Both the position numbers and the translations under genes were made by a program. From NCBI GenBank assembly GCA_051313645.2, contig JBNRSN020000018.1:122450001-122514000 (forward strand): a DNA stretch of 64,000 nucleotides, read 5' to 3'. The DNA is from Centroscyllium fabricii (taxonomy: Eukaryota). Positions 20,963-34,576 of the stretch are shown here, piece by piece (within the stretch, counting starts at the first letter, position 1; every line of letters begins with the position of its first letter). The notes under the pieces were generated by a model. That model was not told where the DNA came from, made no database searches, and saw nothing but the letters and a program-made list of their open reading frames with translations.

Positions 20963-21503
20963 AGTTCAAGTTCAAGTTCAAGTTTACTTTATTTGTCAGA
21001 TACATCATTATACATGTACAAAGAGCAGTGAAATGCTTAGTCGCAAGCTCCATGTCTGTGCTCTCCGGATAACAATAAATACAAATAATAAATTAACAAT
21101 TATAAGAAAGGCATTCAATCGTCAGTCTGCCGACCCTTGGCAACATCTTCATTTAGGATCCGGATGGCTTGGGGGTAAAAGCTCCTCCTAAGCCTCTCTG
21201 TGTTTGTCTTAATGCTGCGGTAGTGTTTTCCTGACCGCAGCAATGAGAAGAGGCCGTTGTTTGGGTGACTAGGATCCTTAATGACCTTCTGAGCCTTAGT
21301 CATGCCTGGTGTAGATATCCTGCAGGTTAGGGAGTGCACCCCCAGTGGTACGTTCTGCCGACTGTACTACCCTTTGCAGGGCCCTACGGTCTTGTTTAAT
21401 GCTGTTACCATACCGGGCGGTGATGCTCCCCGACAGGATACTCTCAATAGTACATTTATAAAAGTTGTTTAGTATTTGGGGGGACATTCTAAATTTCCTC
21501 AGG
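20963..21503 (-). mobile_element. Rex1/Babar-type LINE 3' end
   Basis: LRKF.MSPQILNNFYKCTIESILSGSITA.YGN...DPSHP..GLFSLL.SG..YRSI...RL..SFYPQAIR.LN, followed by a (TTGAAC)n tail. Confidence 0.85.
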
Positions 21504-21866
21504 TTGTTGTTGTGACTTTTCTGCCAGTGATGTGAAGCTGCTCGATTTTCCAGAATTGTGCCACTTTCTCTTGTACTAATAAGGACCCACTTTAATCCTT
21601 GTACAACCAATAAATTAGTTTAGTCCTCAACAATCGGGTAAATAATTCTGCCAAAGTCTTTTTTTCCACTCCCCAGTCCCTCTATTAAATTTCTGAGAAC
21701 TCATGACTATGTGCCTGTATATTTGCGGCCTATAAATCTGCGACCTGTATATCTGCTGCCTGTATATCTGCGGCCTGTATATTTGCGGCCTGTATATCTG
21801 CTGCCAGTATATCCGCTGCCTGTATATCCGCGGCCTGTATATCCGCAGCCTGTATATCCATTGCCT

Positions 21867-23161
21867 AGAAACATAGAAGATAGGAGCAGGAGTAGGCCAT
21901 TCGGCCCTTCGAGCCTGCTCCGCCATTCAATTAGATCATGACTGATATTTCAGATTCAGTACCCTGTCACTGCCTTCTCCCCATATCCCTTGATCCCTTC
22001 AGCCTGAAGAAATATATCCAACTCCTTCTTGAATATATTTAATGAACCGGCCTCCACCGCCCTCTGTGGCAGAGAATTCCACAGGTTCACCACTCTCTGG
22101 GTGAAGAAATTCCCCCTCATCTCTGTCCTAAATGGCTTTCCCCTTATCCTTAGACTATGGCCCATGGTTCTGGACTCCCCTTTCATCGGAAACATCCTTC
22201 CTGCATCCAGTCTGTCCAGGCCTGACAGAATTTTATAGGTTTCGATGAGATCCTCTCTCAATCGTCTGAACTCCAGTGAGTATAAGCCCAATCGACTCAA
22301 TCTCTCCCCATACGTCATTCCTGCCATCCCAGGTATCAGCCTGGTGAATCTTCGCTGCACTCCATCAATGGCAAGAACGTCCTTCCTCAGATGAGGCGAC
22401 CAAAACTGCACACAATACTCGAGGTGTGGTCTCACCAAGGTCCTGTAGAGCTGCAGCAAGACATCCTTGTTCTTATATTCGAACCCTCTTGCTACGAAGG
22501 CCAACATACCATTTGCCTTTTTAACCGCCTGTTGTACCTGCATGCTTACCTTCAGTGATTGGTGCACAAGAACACCCAGGTCTCTTTGCACTTCCCCATC
22601 TCCCAATCTATTGCCATTCAAATAATAATCTGCCCTCCTGTTTTTGCCACCAAAGTGGATAACCTCACATTTATCCACATTATAGTGCATTTGCCACGTA
22701 TCTGCCCAATCGCCCAACCTGTCCAAATTGCATTGGAGTTTCTTGACATCCTCCTCACAGCATACCCTCCCACCCAGCTTTGTGTCATCTGCAAATTTGG
22801 AGATATTACATCCAATTCCCTCATCCAGATCATTAATGTATATTGTGAATAGCTGAGGTACAAGGACCGATCCCTGCGGTACCCCACTAGTCACTGCCTG
22901 CCCCTCGGAAAATGACCCGTTTATTCCAACTCTCTGTTTTCTATCTGCCAACCAGTTCTCTATCTAAGTCAATACCTTGCCCCCAATCCCATGAGCCTTA
23001 ATTTTGCACGCTAATCTCTTATGAGGGACCTTATCGAAAGCTTTCTGAAAGTCCAAATACACCACGTCCACTGGTTCTCCCCTATCTATTTTACCAGTTA
23101 CATCCTCAAAAAATTCCAGTAGATTAGTCAAGCATGATTTACCTTTTGTAAATCCATGTTG
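21867..23161 (-). mobile_element. 5'-truncated CR1 (HER1-like) LINE inserted in the satellite
   Basis: QHGFTKGKSCLTNL...SKFADD...GIKGYGEKAVTGY with one stop; tail CCTACTCCTGCTCCTAT...ATGTTTCT; flanked by GCCT. Confidence 0.95.
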
Positions 23162-26100
23162 GCCTGTATATCCACGGCCTGTATATCCGCGGCCTGTATA
23201 CCCGCTCCCAGTATATCTGCGGCCTGTATATCCATCACCTGTATATCTGCGGCTTGTATATCCGTGGCCTGTATATCTGCTGCCAGTATATCCGCTGCCT
23301 GTATATCCACGGCCTGTATATGCACGGCCTGTATATCTACCGCCTGTATATCCATGGCCTGTATATCCATGGCCTGTATATCTGCTGCCTGTATATCCAC
23401 TGCCAGTATATCTGCTGCCTATATATCCATGGCCTGTATATCTGCTGTCTGTATATCCACAGCCTGTAAATCCACTGCCTGTATCCACGGCCTGAATATC
23501 CGCTACCTGTAAATCCTGTATATCAGCGTCCAGTATATCCGCGGTCTGTATATTCGCTGCCCGTATATCCGCAGCCTGTGTATCTGCTACCAGTATATCC
23601 ATGGCCTATATATCCACTACCTGTATATCTGCTGCCTGTATATCCATGGCCTATGTATTGCAGCCTGTATATCCATGGTCTGTATATCCATGACCTGCAT
23701 ATCCGCTATCTGTATATCCGCTACCTATATATCCACAGCCTTTATATCTGTGGCCTGTATATTCCCTGCCTGTATATCCATCGCCTGTATATCCGCTGCC
23801 TATATATTCGCAACCTGTATATCTGCTACCTGTATATTTGCGGCCTGCATAACTGCTGCCTTTATATTAGAGGCCTATATATCCACGACCTGTATATCTG
23901 CCATCTAGATATCCGCTGCCTGTACATCCATGGCCTATATATCCGCTACCTGTATATCTGTGGCCTGTATATCTGCTGCCTGTCTATCTGTGGCTGGTAT
24001 ATCTGCTGCCTGTATATCCGCTGCCTGTATATCTCCAACCTGTATATCCGCTGACTTTATATTCGCTGCCTGTATATCCGCTACCTGTATATCCACTGCT
24101 TCTATATCCGTGGTCTGTATTTCCACTGCCTGCATATCTGCGGTGTGTATATCCTGTGCCTGTATATCAACCGCCTGTATATCTGCCACGTGTATATCCA
24201 CCAGCTGTATATCCACCACCTGTATATCCACTTCCTGTATATCCACGGCCTGTATATCGGCTACCTGTATATCCATGGACTGTGTATTCACGGACTGTAT
24301 ATCCACGGACTGTATATCTGTGGCCTGTATATACACAGCCTGTATATCCACCGTCTGTATATCCACCGCCTGTATATCTGCTTCCTGTATATCCGCGGCC
24401 TGTATATCCGCGGCCTGTATATCCGCTACCTGTATATCCATGGACTGTGTATCCATGGCCTGTATATACGCAGCCTGTATATCCACAACCTGTATATCCG
24501 GTACCTGTATATCCGCTGCCTGTATATCCGTGGCCTGTATATCCAATGCCTGTATATCCATGGCCTTTATATCTGCTGCCTGTATATCTGTTGCCTGTAT
24601 ATCAATGGCCTGTATATCCGTTACCTGTATATCCATGGCCTGTATGACTGCTGTGTGTATATTCTGTGCCTGTATATCCACCGCCAGTATATCTGCTGCC
24701 TGTATATCTGCCCCTGTCTATCTGCTGCCTGTATATCCGCAGACTGTGTATCCGCGGACTGTGTATCTGCAGACTGTGTATCCACGTCCTGTATATCCGC
24801 AGCCTGTATATCTGCGGCCTGTATATCCGCTACCTGTATATCCAGAGCCTATATATCTGAGGCCTGTATCTCCACGGCCTGCATATCTGCTACCTATAAA
24901 TCTGTTACCTGTATATCCACGGCCTGTATATCCACTGCCTGTATATCCGCAGCCTGTATATCCGTGGCCTGTATATCTGCTATCTGTATATCCATGGCCT
25001 GTATATCTGTGGCCTGAATATACACTACTGCCTGCATATATGCTACCTGTATATCCGTGGCCTGTATAACCGCGGCGTGTATATCTGCTGCCTATATATC
25101 CGCTGCCTGTATATCCATGTCCTGTATATCCGCTACCTATATCTCCGTGGCCTGTATATCCACAGCCTGTATATCCACTACCTGTATATCCATGGCCTGT
25201 ATCCACTACCTGTATATCCACAGCCTGTATATCCACGGTCTGTGTATCACAGCCTGTATCTCCATGGCCTGTGTATCACAGCCTTTATATCCACAGCCTG
25301 TATATCCATGGCCTGTCTATCCACGACCTGTATATCCGCTCCCTGTATATCCACGGCCTTCATATCAGCAGCCAGTATATCTGCTACATATATATCCGCT
25401 GCCTGAATATCCATGGCCTATATATCTGCTACCTGTCTATCCACTGCCTGTATATCCATGGTCTGTGTATCCACTGCCTGTATATCCGCTGCCTGTATAT
25501 CCACAACCTGTATATCCATGCGCTTTATATCCATGGAATGTATATCTACTGCCTGTATATCCACTGCTTATATAACTGTGGCCTATATATCCGCTGCCTG
25601 TATATATGCGGTGTGTATATCCTCCGCCTGTATATCCGCCACCTGTATATCCGCTGCCTGTATATCCGCAGCCTGTATATCCGCTATCTGTATATCTGCT
25701 ACCTGTATATCCACGGACTGTATATCTGTGGACTCTATATCCGTGGCCTGTATATCCGCAGCCTGTATATCCGCCACCTGTATATCCGTGGCCTGTATAT
25801 CTGCTACCTGTATATCCATGGCCTGTATATCTGTGGCCTGTATATCCACTACCTGTATATCCGCAGCATGTATATCCACGGCATATATATCCGTTATGTA
25901 TATATACACAACCTGTATGTACACGGCCTGTATATCTGTGGCCTATATATCCGCAATCTGTATATCTGCTGAATGTATATCCACTGCCTGTATATCCACT
26001 GCTTATATAGCTGCAGTCTATATGTCTGCTGCCAGTATATATGCCGTGTGTATATTCTCCACCTGTATATCCACCGCTTGTATATCTGCCACCTGTATAT

Positions 26101-29100
26101 CTGCTGCCTGTATAGCCGCTGCCTATATATCCACTACCTGTATATCCACAGACTATATCCACAGACTGTATATCCACAGACTGTATATCTACCACCTGTA
26201 TATCCACTACCTGTATATCCACGGCCTGTATATCCGCTATCTGTATAACCGCTACCTGTATATCCACAGACTGTATATCAACAGATTCTATATCCATGGC
26301 CTGTATAGCCATTACCTGTATATCCGCGGCATGTATATCCATGGCATACATATCTGCTACGTGTATATCTGCAACCTGTATATACACGGCCTGTATATCC
26401 GCGGCTTGTATATCCACAATCTGTATATCTGCTGAATGTATATCCATTGCCTGTATAACCACTGCTTATATAGCCACAGCCTATATATCTGCTGCCTGTA
26501 TATATGCCGTGTGTATATCCTCCACCTGTATATCTACTGCTTGTATATCTGCCACCTGTATATCCGCTGCCTGTATATCCACAGACTGTATATCCGTGGC
26601 CTGTATATCCCCAGCCTGTATATCAATGGCCTGTATATCTGCTGCCTGTATAACCGCTACCTGTATATCCACGGTCTGTATAACTGTGGCCTGTATATCC
26701 GCTACCTGTATATCTGCAGCATGTATATCAACTACCTATATAACCACAACCTGTATATCCATGTCCTGTATATCCACGGCCTGTATAGGTGCTACCTGTA
26801 TATCCACTACCTGTATATCCACGGCATATAAATCCGCGGCCTGTATATATGCTGCCTTTATATCCGCTACCTGTATATCCATGCACTGTATAGCCGTGGC
26901 CTATATATCCGCATCCTGTATATCCACGGCCTTTATATCTGCTGAATGTATATCCAGTCTATATATCTGCTGCCTGTATATATGCCATGTGCATATCCTC
27001 CACCTGTATAGCCGCCACCTGTATATCTGCCGCCTGCATATCTGCTGCCTGTATATCAATGGCCTGTTTATCCACTACCTGTATATCCGCTACCTGTATA
27101 TCTGCGGACTGTATATCCACAGACTGTATATTCATGGCCTGTATATCCACAGCCTGTATATCCATGGCCTGTATATCCACTGCCTGTATATCCACTGCCT
27201 TTATATCCATGGCCTGTATAGCTGTGGCCTGTATATCTGCTACCTGTATATCTACGGCATGTATATCCACTACCTGTATATCTGCTACCTGTATATCCAC
27301 TACCTGTATATCTGCGGCATGTATATCCATGGCATATATATCCGTTATGTATATATACACGACCTGTATGTACATGGCCTGTATATCCGTGGCCTGTATA
27401 TCCGCAATCTGCTGAATGTATATCCACTGCCTGTATATCCACTGCTTATATAGCTGCAGTCTATATATCTGCTGCCTGTATATACGCCGTGTGTATATTC
27501 TCCACCTGTATATCCACCGCTTGTATATCTGCCACCTGTATATCCGCTGCCTGTATATCCATGGCCTGTATAGCCGCTGCCTGTATATCCACTACCTGTA
27601 TATCCACAGACTGTATATCCACGGACTGTATATCCACCACCTGTATATCCGCTGCCTGTATATCTGCGGCCTGTATATCCGCTATCTGTATAACAGCTAC
27701 CTGTATATCCACGGACTGTATATCAACAGACTCTATATCCGTGCCCTGTATAGCCGTTACCTGTATATCCGCGGCATGTATATCTATGGCATATATATCC
27801 GCTACGTGTATATCTGCAACCTGTATATACACGGCCTGTATATCCACGGCCTGTATATCCACAATCTGTATATCTGCTGAATGTATATCCATTGCCTGTA
27901 TAACCACTGCTTATATAGCCACAGTCTATATATCTGCTGCCTGTATATATGCTGTGTGTATATCCTCCACCTGTATATCCACTGCTTGTATATCTGCCAC
28001 CTGTATATCTGCTGCCTGTATATCCACGGCCTGCATATCCGCTACCTGTATATCCGCTACCTGTATATCCACTACCTGTATATCCGCGGCATGTATATCC
28101 ACGGCATATATATCCGTTATGTATATATACACAACCTGTATGTACACAGCCTGTATATCCATGGCCTGTATATCTGCAATCTGTATATCTGCTGAATGTA
28201 GATCCACTGCCTGTATATCCCACTGCTTAAATAGCTGCAGTCTATATATCTGCTGCCTGTATATATGCCGTGTGTATATTCTCCACCTGTATATCCACCA
28301 CTTGCATATCTGCCACCTGTATATTCACAGCCTGTCTATCACAGCCTGTATATCCATGGCCTGTATATCCACTACCTGTATATCCACAGCCTGTATATCC
28401 ACGGTCTGTGTATCACAGCCTGTATCTCCATGGCCTGTGTATCACAGCCTTTATATCCACAGCCTGTATATCCACGGCCTGTCTATCCACGGCCTGTATA
28501 TCCTCTACCTGCATATCCGCTCCCTGTATATCCACGGCCTTTATATCAGCAGCCTGTATATCTGCTACATATATATCCGCTGCCTGAATATCCATGGCCT
28601 ATATATCTGCTACCTGTCCATCCACTGCCTGTATATCCATGGCCTGTGTATCCACTGCCTGTATATCCGCTGCCTGTATATCCACAACCTGTATATCCAT
28701 GCCATTTATATCCATGGAATGTATATCTGCTGCCTGTATATCCACTGCTTATATAACTGTGGCCTATATATCCGCTGCCTGTATATATGCGGTGTGTATA
28801 TCCACTGCCTGTATATCTGCCACCTGTATATCCACTGCCTGTATATCCGCAGCCTGTATATCCGCTATCTGTATATCTGCTACCTGTATATCCATGGACT
28901 GTATAGCTGTGGACTCTATATCCATGGCCTGTATATCCGCAGCCTGTATATCCGCCACCTGTATATCCGTGGCCTGTATATCTGCTGCCTGTATATCCGC
29001 TACCTGTATATCCACGACCTGTATATCTGTGGCCTGTATATCCACTACCTGTATATCCGCGGCATGTATATCCACGGCATATATATCCGTTATGTATATA

Positions 29101-32100
29101 TACACAACCTGTATGTACACAGCCTGTATATCCATGACCTGTATATCCGCAATCTGTACATCTGCTGAATGTATATCCACTGCCTGTATATCCACTGCTT
29201 ATATAGCTGCAGTCTATATATCTGCTGCCTGTATATACGCCGTGTGTATATTCTCCACCTGTATATCCACCGCTTGTATATCTGCCACCTGTATATCCAC
29301 TGCCTGTATAGCCGCTGCCTGTATATTCACTACCTGTATATCCACAGACTGTATATCCATGGACTGTATAGCCACTACCTGTATATCCACTGCCTGTATA
29401 TCCACGGACTGTATATCAACAGACTCTATATCCGTGGCCTGTATAGCCATTACCTGTATATCCGCGGCATGTATATCCACGGCATATATATCCGCTACGT
29501 GTATATCTGCAACCTGTATATACACGGCCTGTATATCCGCGGCCTGTATATCCACAATCTGTATATCTGCTGAATGTATATCCATTGCCTGTATAACCAC
29601 TGCTTATATAGCCACAGCCTATATATCTGCTGAATGTATATCCATTGCCTGTATAACCACTGCTTATATAGCCACAGCCTATATATCTGCTGCCTGTATA
29701 TATGCCGTGTGTATATCCTCCACCTCTATACCCACTGCTTGTATATCTGCCACCTGTATATCCGCTGCCTGTAGATCCACGGCCTGTATATCCGCTACCT
29801 GTATATCTGCTACCTGTATATCCGCAGACTGTATATCCACAGACTGTATATCTGTGGCCTGTATATCCCCAGCCTTTCTATCCATGGCCTGTATATCTGC
29901 TGCCTGTATATCCACTACCTGTATATCCACGGTCTGTATAACTGTGGCCTGTATATCTGTTACCTGTATATCTGCAGCATGTATATGCACTACCTATATA
30001 TCCGCAACCTGTATATCCATGTCCTGTATATCCACGGCCTGTATAGGTGCTACCTGTATATCCACTACCTGTATATCCACAGCATATAAATCAGCAGCCT
30101 GTATATACGCTGCCTTTATATCCGCTACCTGTATATCCATGCACTGTATAGCCGTGGCCTATATATCCGCAACCTGTATATCCACGGCCTTTATATCTGC
30201 TGAATGTATATCCACAGTCTATATTTCTGCTGCATGTATATATGCCATGTGCATATCCTCCACCTGTATATCTGCCACCTGTATATCTGCCGCCTGCATA
30301 TCTGCTGCCTGTATATCAATGGCCTGTTTATCCACTACCTGTATATCCGCTACCTGTATATCCACGGACTGTATATCCACAGACTGTATATTCATGGCCT
30401 GTATATCCACAGCCTGTATATCCATGGCCTGTATATCCACTGCCTGTATATCCACTACCTTTATATCCATGGCCTGTATAGCTGTGGCCTGTATATCTGC
30501 TACCTGTATATCTACGGCATGTATATCCACTACCTGTATATCCGCTACCTGTATATCCACTACCTGTATATCCGCGGCATGTATATCGACGGCATATATA
30601 TCCGTTATGTATATATACACCTGTATGTACACTGCCTGTATATCCGTGGCCTGTATATCCACACCTGTATATCTGCTGAATGTATATCCACTGCCTGTAT
30701 ATCCACTGCTTATATAGCTGCAGTCTATATATCTGCTGCCTGTATATACGCCGTGTGTATATTCTCCACCTGTATATCCACTGCTTGTATATCTGCCACC
30801 TGTATATCTGCTGCCTGTATATCCCCTGTCTATAAATCCACAGCCTGCATACCTGTTGCCTGTGTATCCACTGCCTGTATTGCTGCTGCCTGTATATCTG
30901 TGGCCTGTATATCTACTGCCAGTACATCTGCTGCCTGAATATCCGTGTTCTGTATATCCACTGCCTGTATATCCATTGCCTGTATGTCCACTTCCTGTAT
31001 ATCTGCTGCCTGTATATCTGTGTTCTGTATATCTGCTGCCTGCATATCCACTGCCTGTATATCTGCTGCCTGTACATCGGCAGCCTGTAAATCCACGGTC
31101 TGCATATCTGTTGCCTGTGTATCCACTGCCTGCATTTACACTGCCTGTATATATGCTGCCTGTATATTTGCTGCTTGTATATCCACTTCCTGTATATCTG
31201 CAGCCTGTATGTCCACTGCCTGTATATGCACTGCATGTGTATCCACAGCCTATATATCCACTAACTGTGTATCCATGGCCTGTGTATCTGCAGCCTGTAT
31301 ATCTGCTGCCTGTATATTCATTGCCTGTATATATGCTGCCTGTATATCCACGGCCTGTATATCCACAGCCTGTATATCCGTGGCCTGTATATCTGCTACC
31401 TTTATATCCAATACCTGTATATTCGTGGCCTGTATATCTGTTGCCTGAATATACACTATCTGTATATCTGCTGCCTGCATATATGCTACCTGTATATCTA
31501 TGGCCTGTATAACCACAGCCTGCATATCTGTGGCCTGTATATCCGCTGCCTGTGTATCCACGGCCTGTATATACACTACCTGTATCTCAGTGGCCTGTAT
31601 ATCCATTGCCTGTATATCCACTACCTGTATATCTGCGGCCTGTATATCCACTACCTGTATATCCACAGCCTGTGCATCGCAGCCTTTATATCCACGGCCT
31701 TTATGTCCACAGCCTGTATATCCGCTACCTGCATATCTGCTCCCTGTATATCCACGGCCTTTATATCTGCGGCCCGTATATCACAGCCTTTATATCCGTG
31801 GCCTTTATATCTACGGCCTGTCTATCCACGACCTGTATATCTGCTACCTGCATATCTGCTCACTGTATATCCGCAGCCTTTATATCCACTGCCTGTATAT
31901 TCGCGGCCTGTATATCCGCAGCCTGTATATCTGCTACATATATATCCGCTGCCTGTATATCCATGGCCTATATATATGCTACCTGTCTATCCAGTACCTG
32001 TATATCCATGGCCTGTGTATCCACTGCCTGTATATCCACTGTCTGTATATCCACAACCTGTATATCCATGCCCTTTATATCCGTGGAATGTATATCTGCT

Positions 32101-32859
32101 GCCTGAATATCCACTGCTTATATGGCCGTGGCCTATATTTCCGCTGCCTGTATATACGCGGTGTGTATAACCTCCGCCTGTATACCTGCCACCTGTATAT
32201 CCGCTATCTGTATATCCGATACCTGTATATCCATGGACTGTATATCTGCGGACTCTATATTCATGGCCTGTATATTCGCGGCCTGTATATCTGCTGCCTG
32301 TATATCCGCTACCTGTATATCCACAGCCTGTATATCTGTGGCTTGTATATTCACTACCTGTATATCCGTGGCATGTATATCCATGGCATATATATCCATT
32401 ACGTGTATATCCACAACCTGTATATACATGGCCTGTATATCTGCGGCCTGCATACCGGCAATCTGTATATCCACTGGATGTATATCCGCTGCCTGTATAT
32501 CCACTGCTTATATAGCCGCAGTCTATATATCTGCTGCCTGTATATACGCCATGTATATCCTCCACCTGTATTTCCACCGCTTGTATATCTGCCACCTGCA
32601 TATCCAGTGCCTGTATATCCACTACATGTATATCCTCTACCTGTATATCCGCAGACTGTATATCCACGGACTGTATATCTGCCACCTGTATATCCACTGC
32701 CTATATATCCGCGGCCTGTATATCCACTATCTGTATATCCGCTACCTGTATATCCACGGACTGTATATCCGCAGATTCTATATCCATGGCCTGTGTATCC
32801 ACAGCCTGTATATCCGCTACCTGTATATCCGCTACCTGTATATCTGCGGCCTGTATAGC

Positions 32860-33138
32860 TGTGGTAAACCACTGTCTTGTATATATTGTATATATGTCTC
32901 CCCCTTGTGTCCCCTCCCTGTAACTGTACTGTAACGCCTTCTTGTCAGGGAGGACTCACCTGGGAGGACCCCGCTCTTTGGCTTCATCCCCAGGCTCCGC
33001 CCACTGAATATAAGAGTGCCAGCACACCTGAGTGCTTCCACTTCGGCTTGGAAGATCATCAGACCTGTGTCCATTTCTATGTCAATAAAAGCCTCGATTA
33101 CATCTGACCATCGACTGGTAGTAATTGATTGTGCATCA
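32860..33138 (+). mobile_element. Solo LTR (279 bp) with 5-bp target duplication ATAGC, inserted in the satellite
   Basis: TGTGGT...GCATCA termini; ATAGC at 32855-32859 and 33139-33143; internal TATAAG and AATAAA. Confidence 0.9.
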
Positions 33139-33868
33139 ATAGCCATTACCTGTATATCCGCTACCTGTATATCCACGGCATATATATCCGCTACGTGTAT
33201 ATCCGCAACCTGTATATACACGGCCTGTATATCCGCGGCCTGTATATCCGCAATCTGTATATCCGCTGAATGTATATCCGCTGCCTGTATATCCACTGCT
33301 TATATAGCCGCAGTCTATATATCTGCTGCCTGTATATACGCTGTGTATGTCCTCCACCTGTATATCCACCACTTGTATATCTGCCACCTGTATATCCGCT
33401 GCCTATATATCCACGGCCTGTATATCTGCTATCTGTATATCCACTACCTGTATATCCACGGTCTATATATCTGCGGCATGTATATCCACTACCTGTATAT
33501 CCGCTACCTGTATATCCACGGTATATATATCCACGGCCTGTATATATGCTGCCTTTATATCCAGCACCTGTATATCCACGGCCAGTGTTGGGAAAGTTCA
33601 CACTTAACAAGAGCTAGCTCAAAGTTCAGTTCAATCATTTTAAAATGAACTAGTTCAAGTTCATAGTTCATAATTTTGAATTTTGAACTTAAGTTCGCAG
33701 CTCAAAAATGAACTAGTTCAAAGTTCGTTTTTTTTTTCTTTTCTTCTAATGTGCTGCCCCGAGCTATTATTTTTCAATAGAACATCCTCAATGCAAATTA
33801 TGAAGCAGGAGGAACAAATATCCGATATAGAGAACTGTCTGTATGTATATACACAGGCTGAGTATATA

Positions 33869-34260
33869 GGGCGGCACGGTGGCACAGTGCTTAGCACTGC
33901 TGTCTCACAGCACTGGAGACCCGGGTTCAAATCCAGCCTCGGGTACTATCTGTGTGGAGTTTGCACATTCTCCCCGTGTCTGTGTGGGTTTCCTCCGGGT
34001 GCTCCGGTTTCCTCCCACAGTCCAAAGATGTGCAGGGTTAGGTTGATTGGCCAGGATAAATTTACCCTTAGTGTTAGGGAGATTGAATATATGGGAATAG
34101 GATGGGATATGTGTCGGTGCAGGCTCGATAGGGATCGAGGGATAATGGGGAGAGGGCAGGGGCGGGTTACAGGGTTTGGATGATCAGCCATGATCTCATT
34201 GAATGGTGGAGCAGGCTTGAAGGCTTGAAGGGCTGAATGGCCTACTCCTGCTCCTATCTT
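33869..34260 (+). mobile_element. HE1-like V-SINE nested in the hAT element
   Basis: tRNA head with A and B boxes (GGTTCAAATCC) and V-domain GGGTTTCCTCCGGGTGCTCCGGTTTCCTCCCAC. The 3' tail is shared with the CR1 copies in this window. Confidence 0.9.
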
Positions 34261-34576
34261 NNNNNNNNNNNNNNNNNNNNNNNNNNNNNNNNNNNNNNNN
34301 NNNNNNNNNNNNNNNNNNNNNNNNNNNNNNNNNNNNNNNNNNNNNNNNNNNNNNNNNNNNNNNNNNNNNNNNNNNNNNNNNNNNNNNNNNNNNNNNNNNN
34401 NNNNNNNNNNNNNNNNNNNNNNNNNNNNNNNNNNNNNNNNNNNNNNNNNNNNNNNNNNNNNNNNNNNNNNNNNNNNNNNNNNNNNNNNNNNNNNNNNNNN
34501 NNNNNNNNNNNNNNNNNNNNNNNNNNNNNNNNNNNNNNNNNNNNNNNNNNNNNNNNNNNNNNNNNNNNNNNNNNNN
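34261..34576. other. Assembly gap (316 N)
   Basis: Run of N. Confidence 1.
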
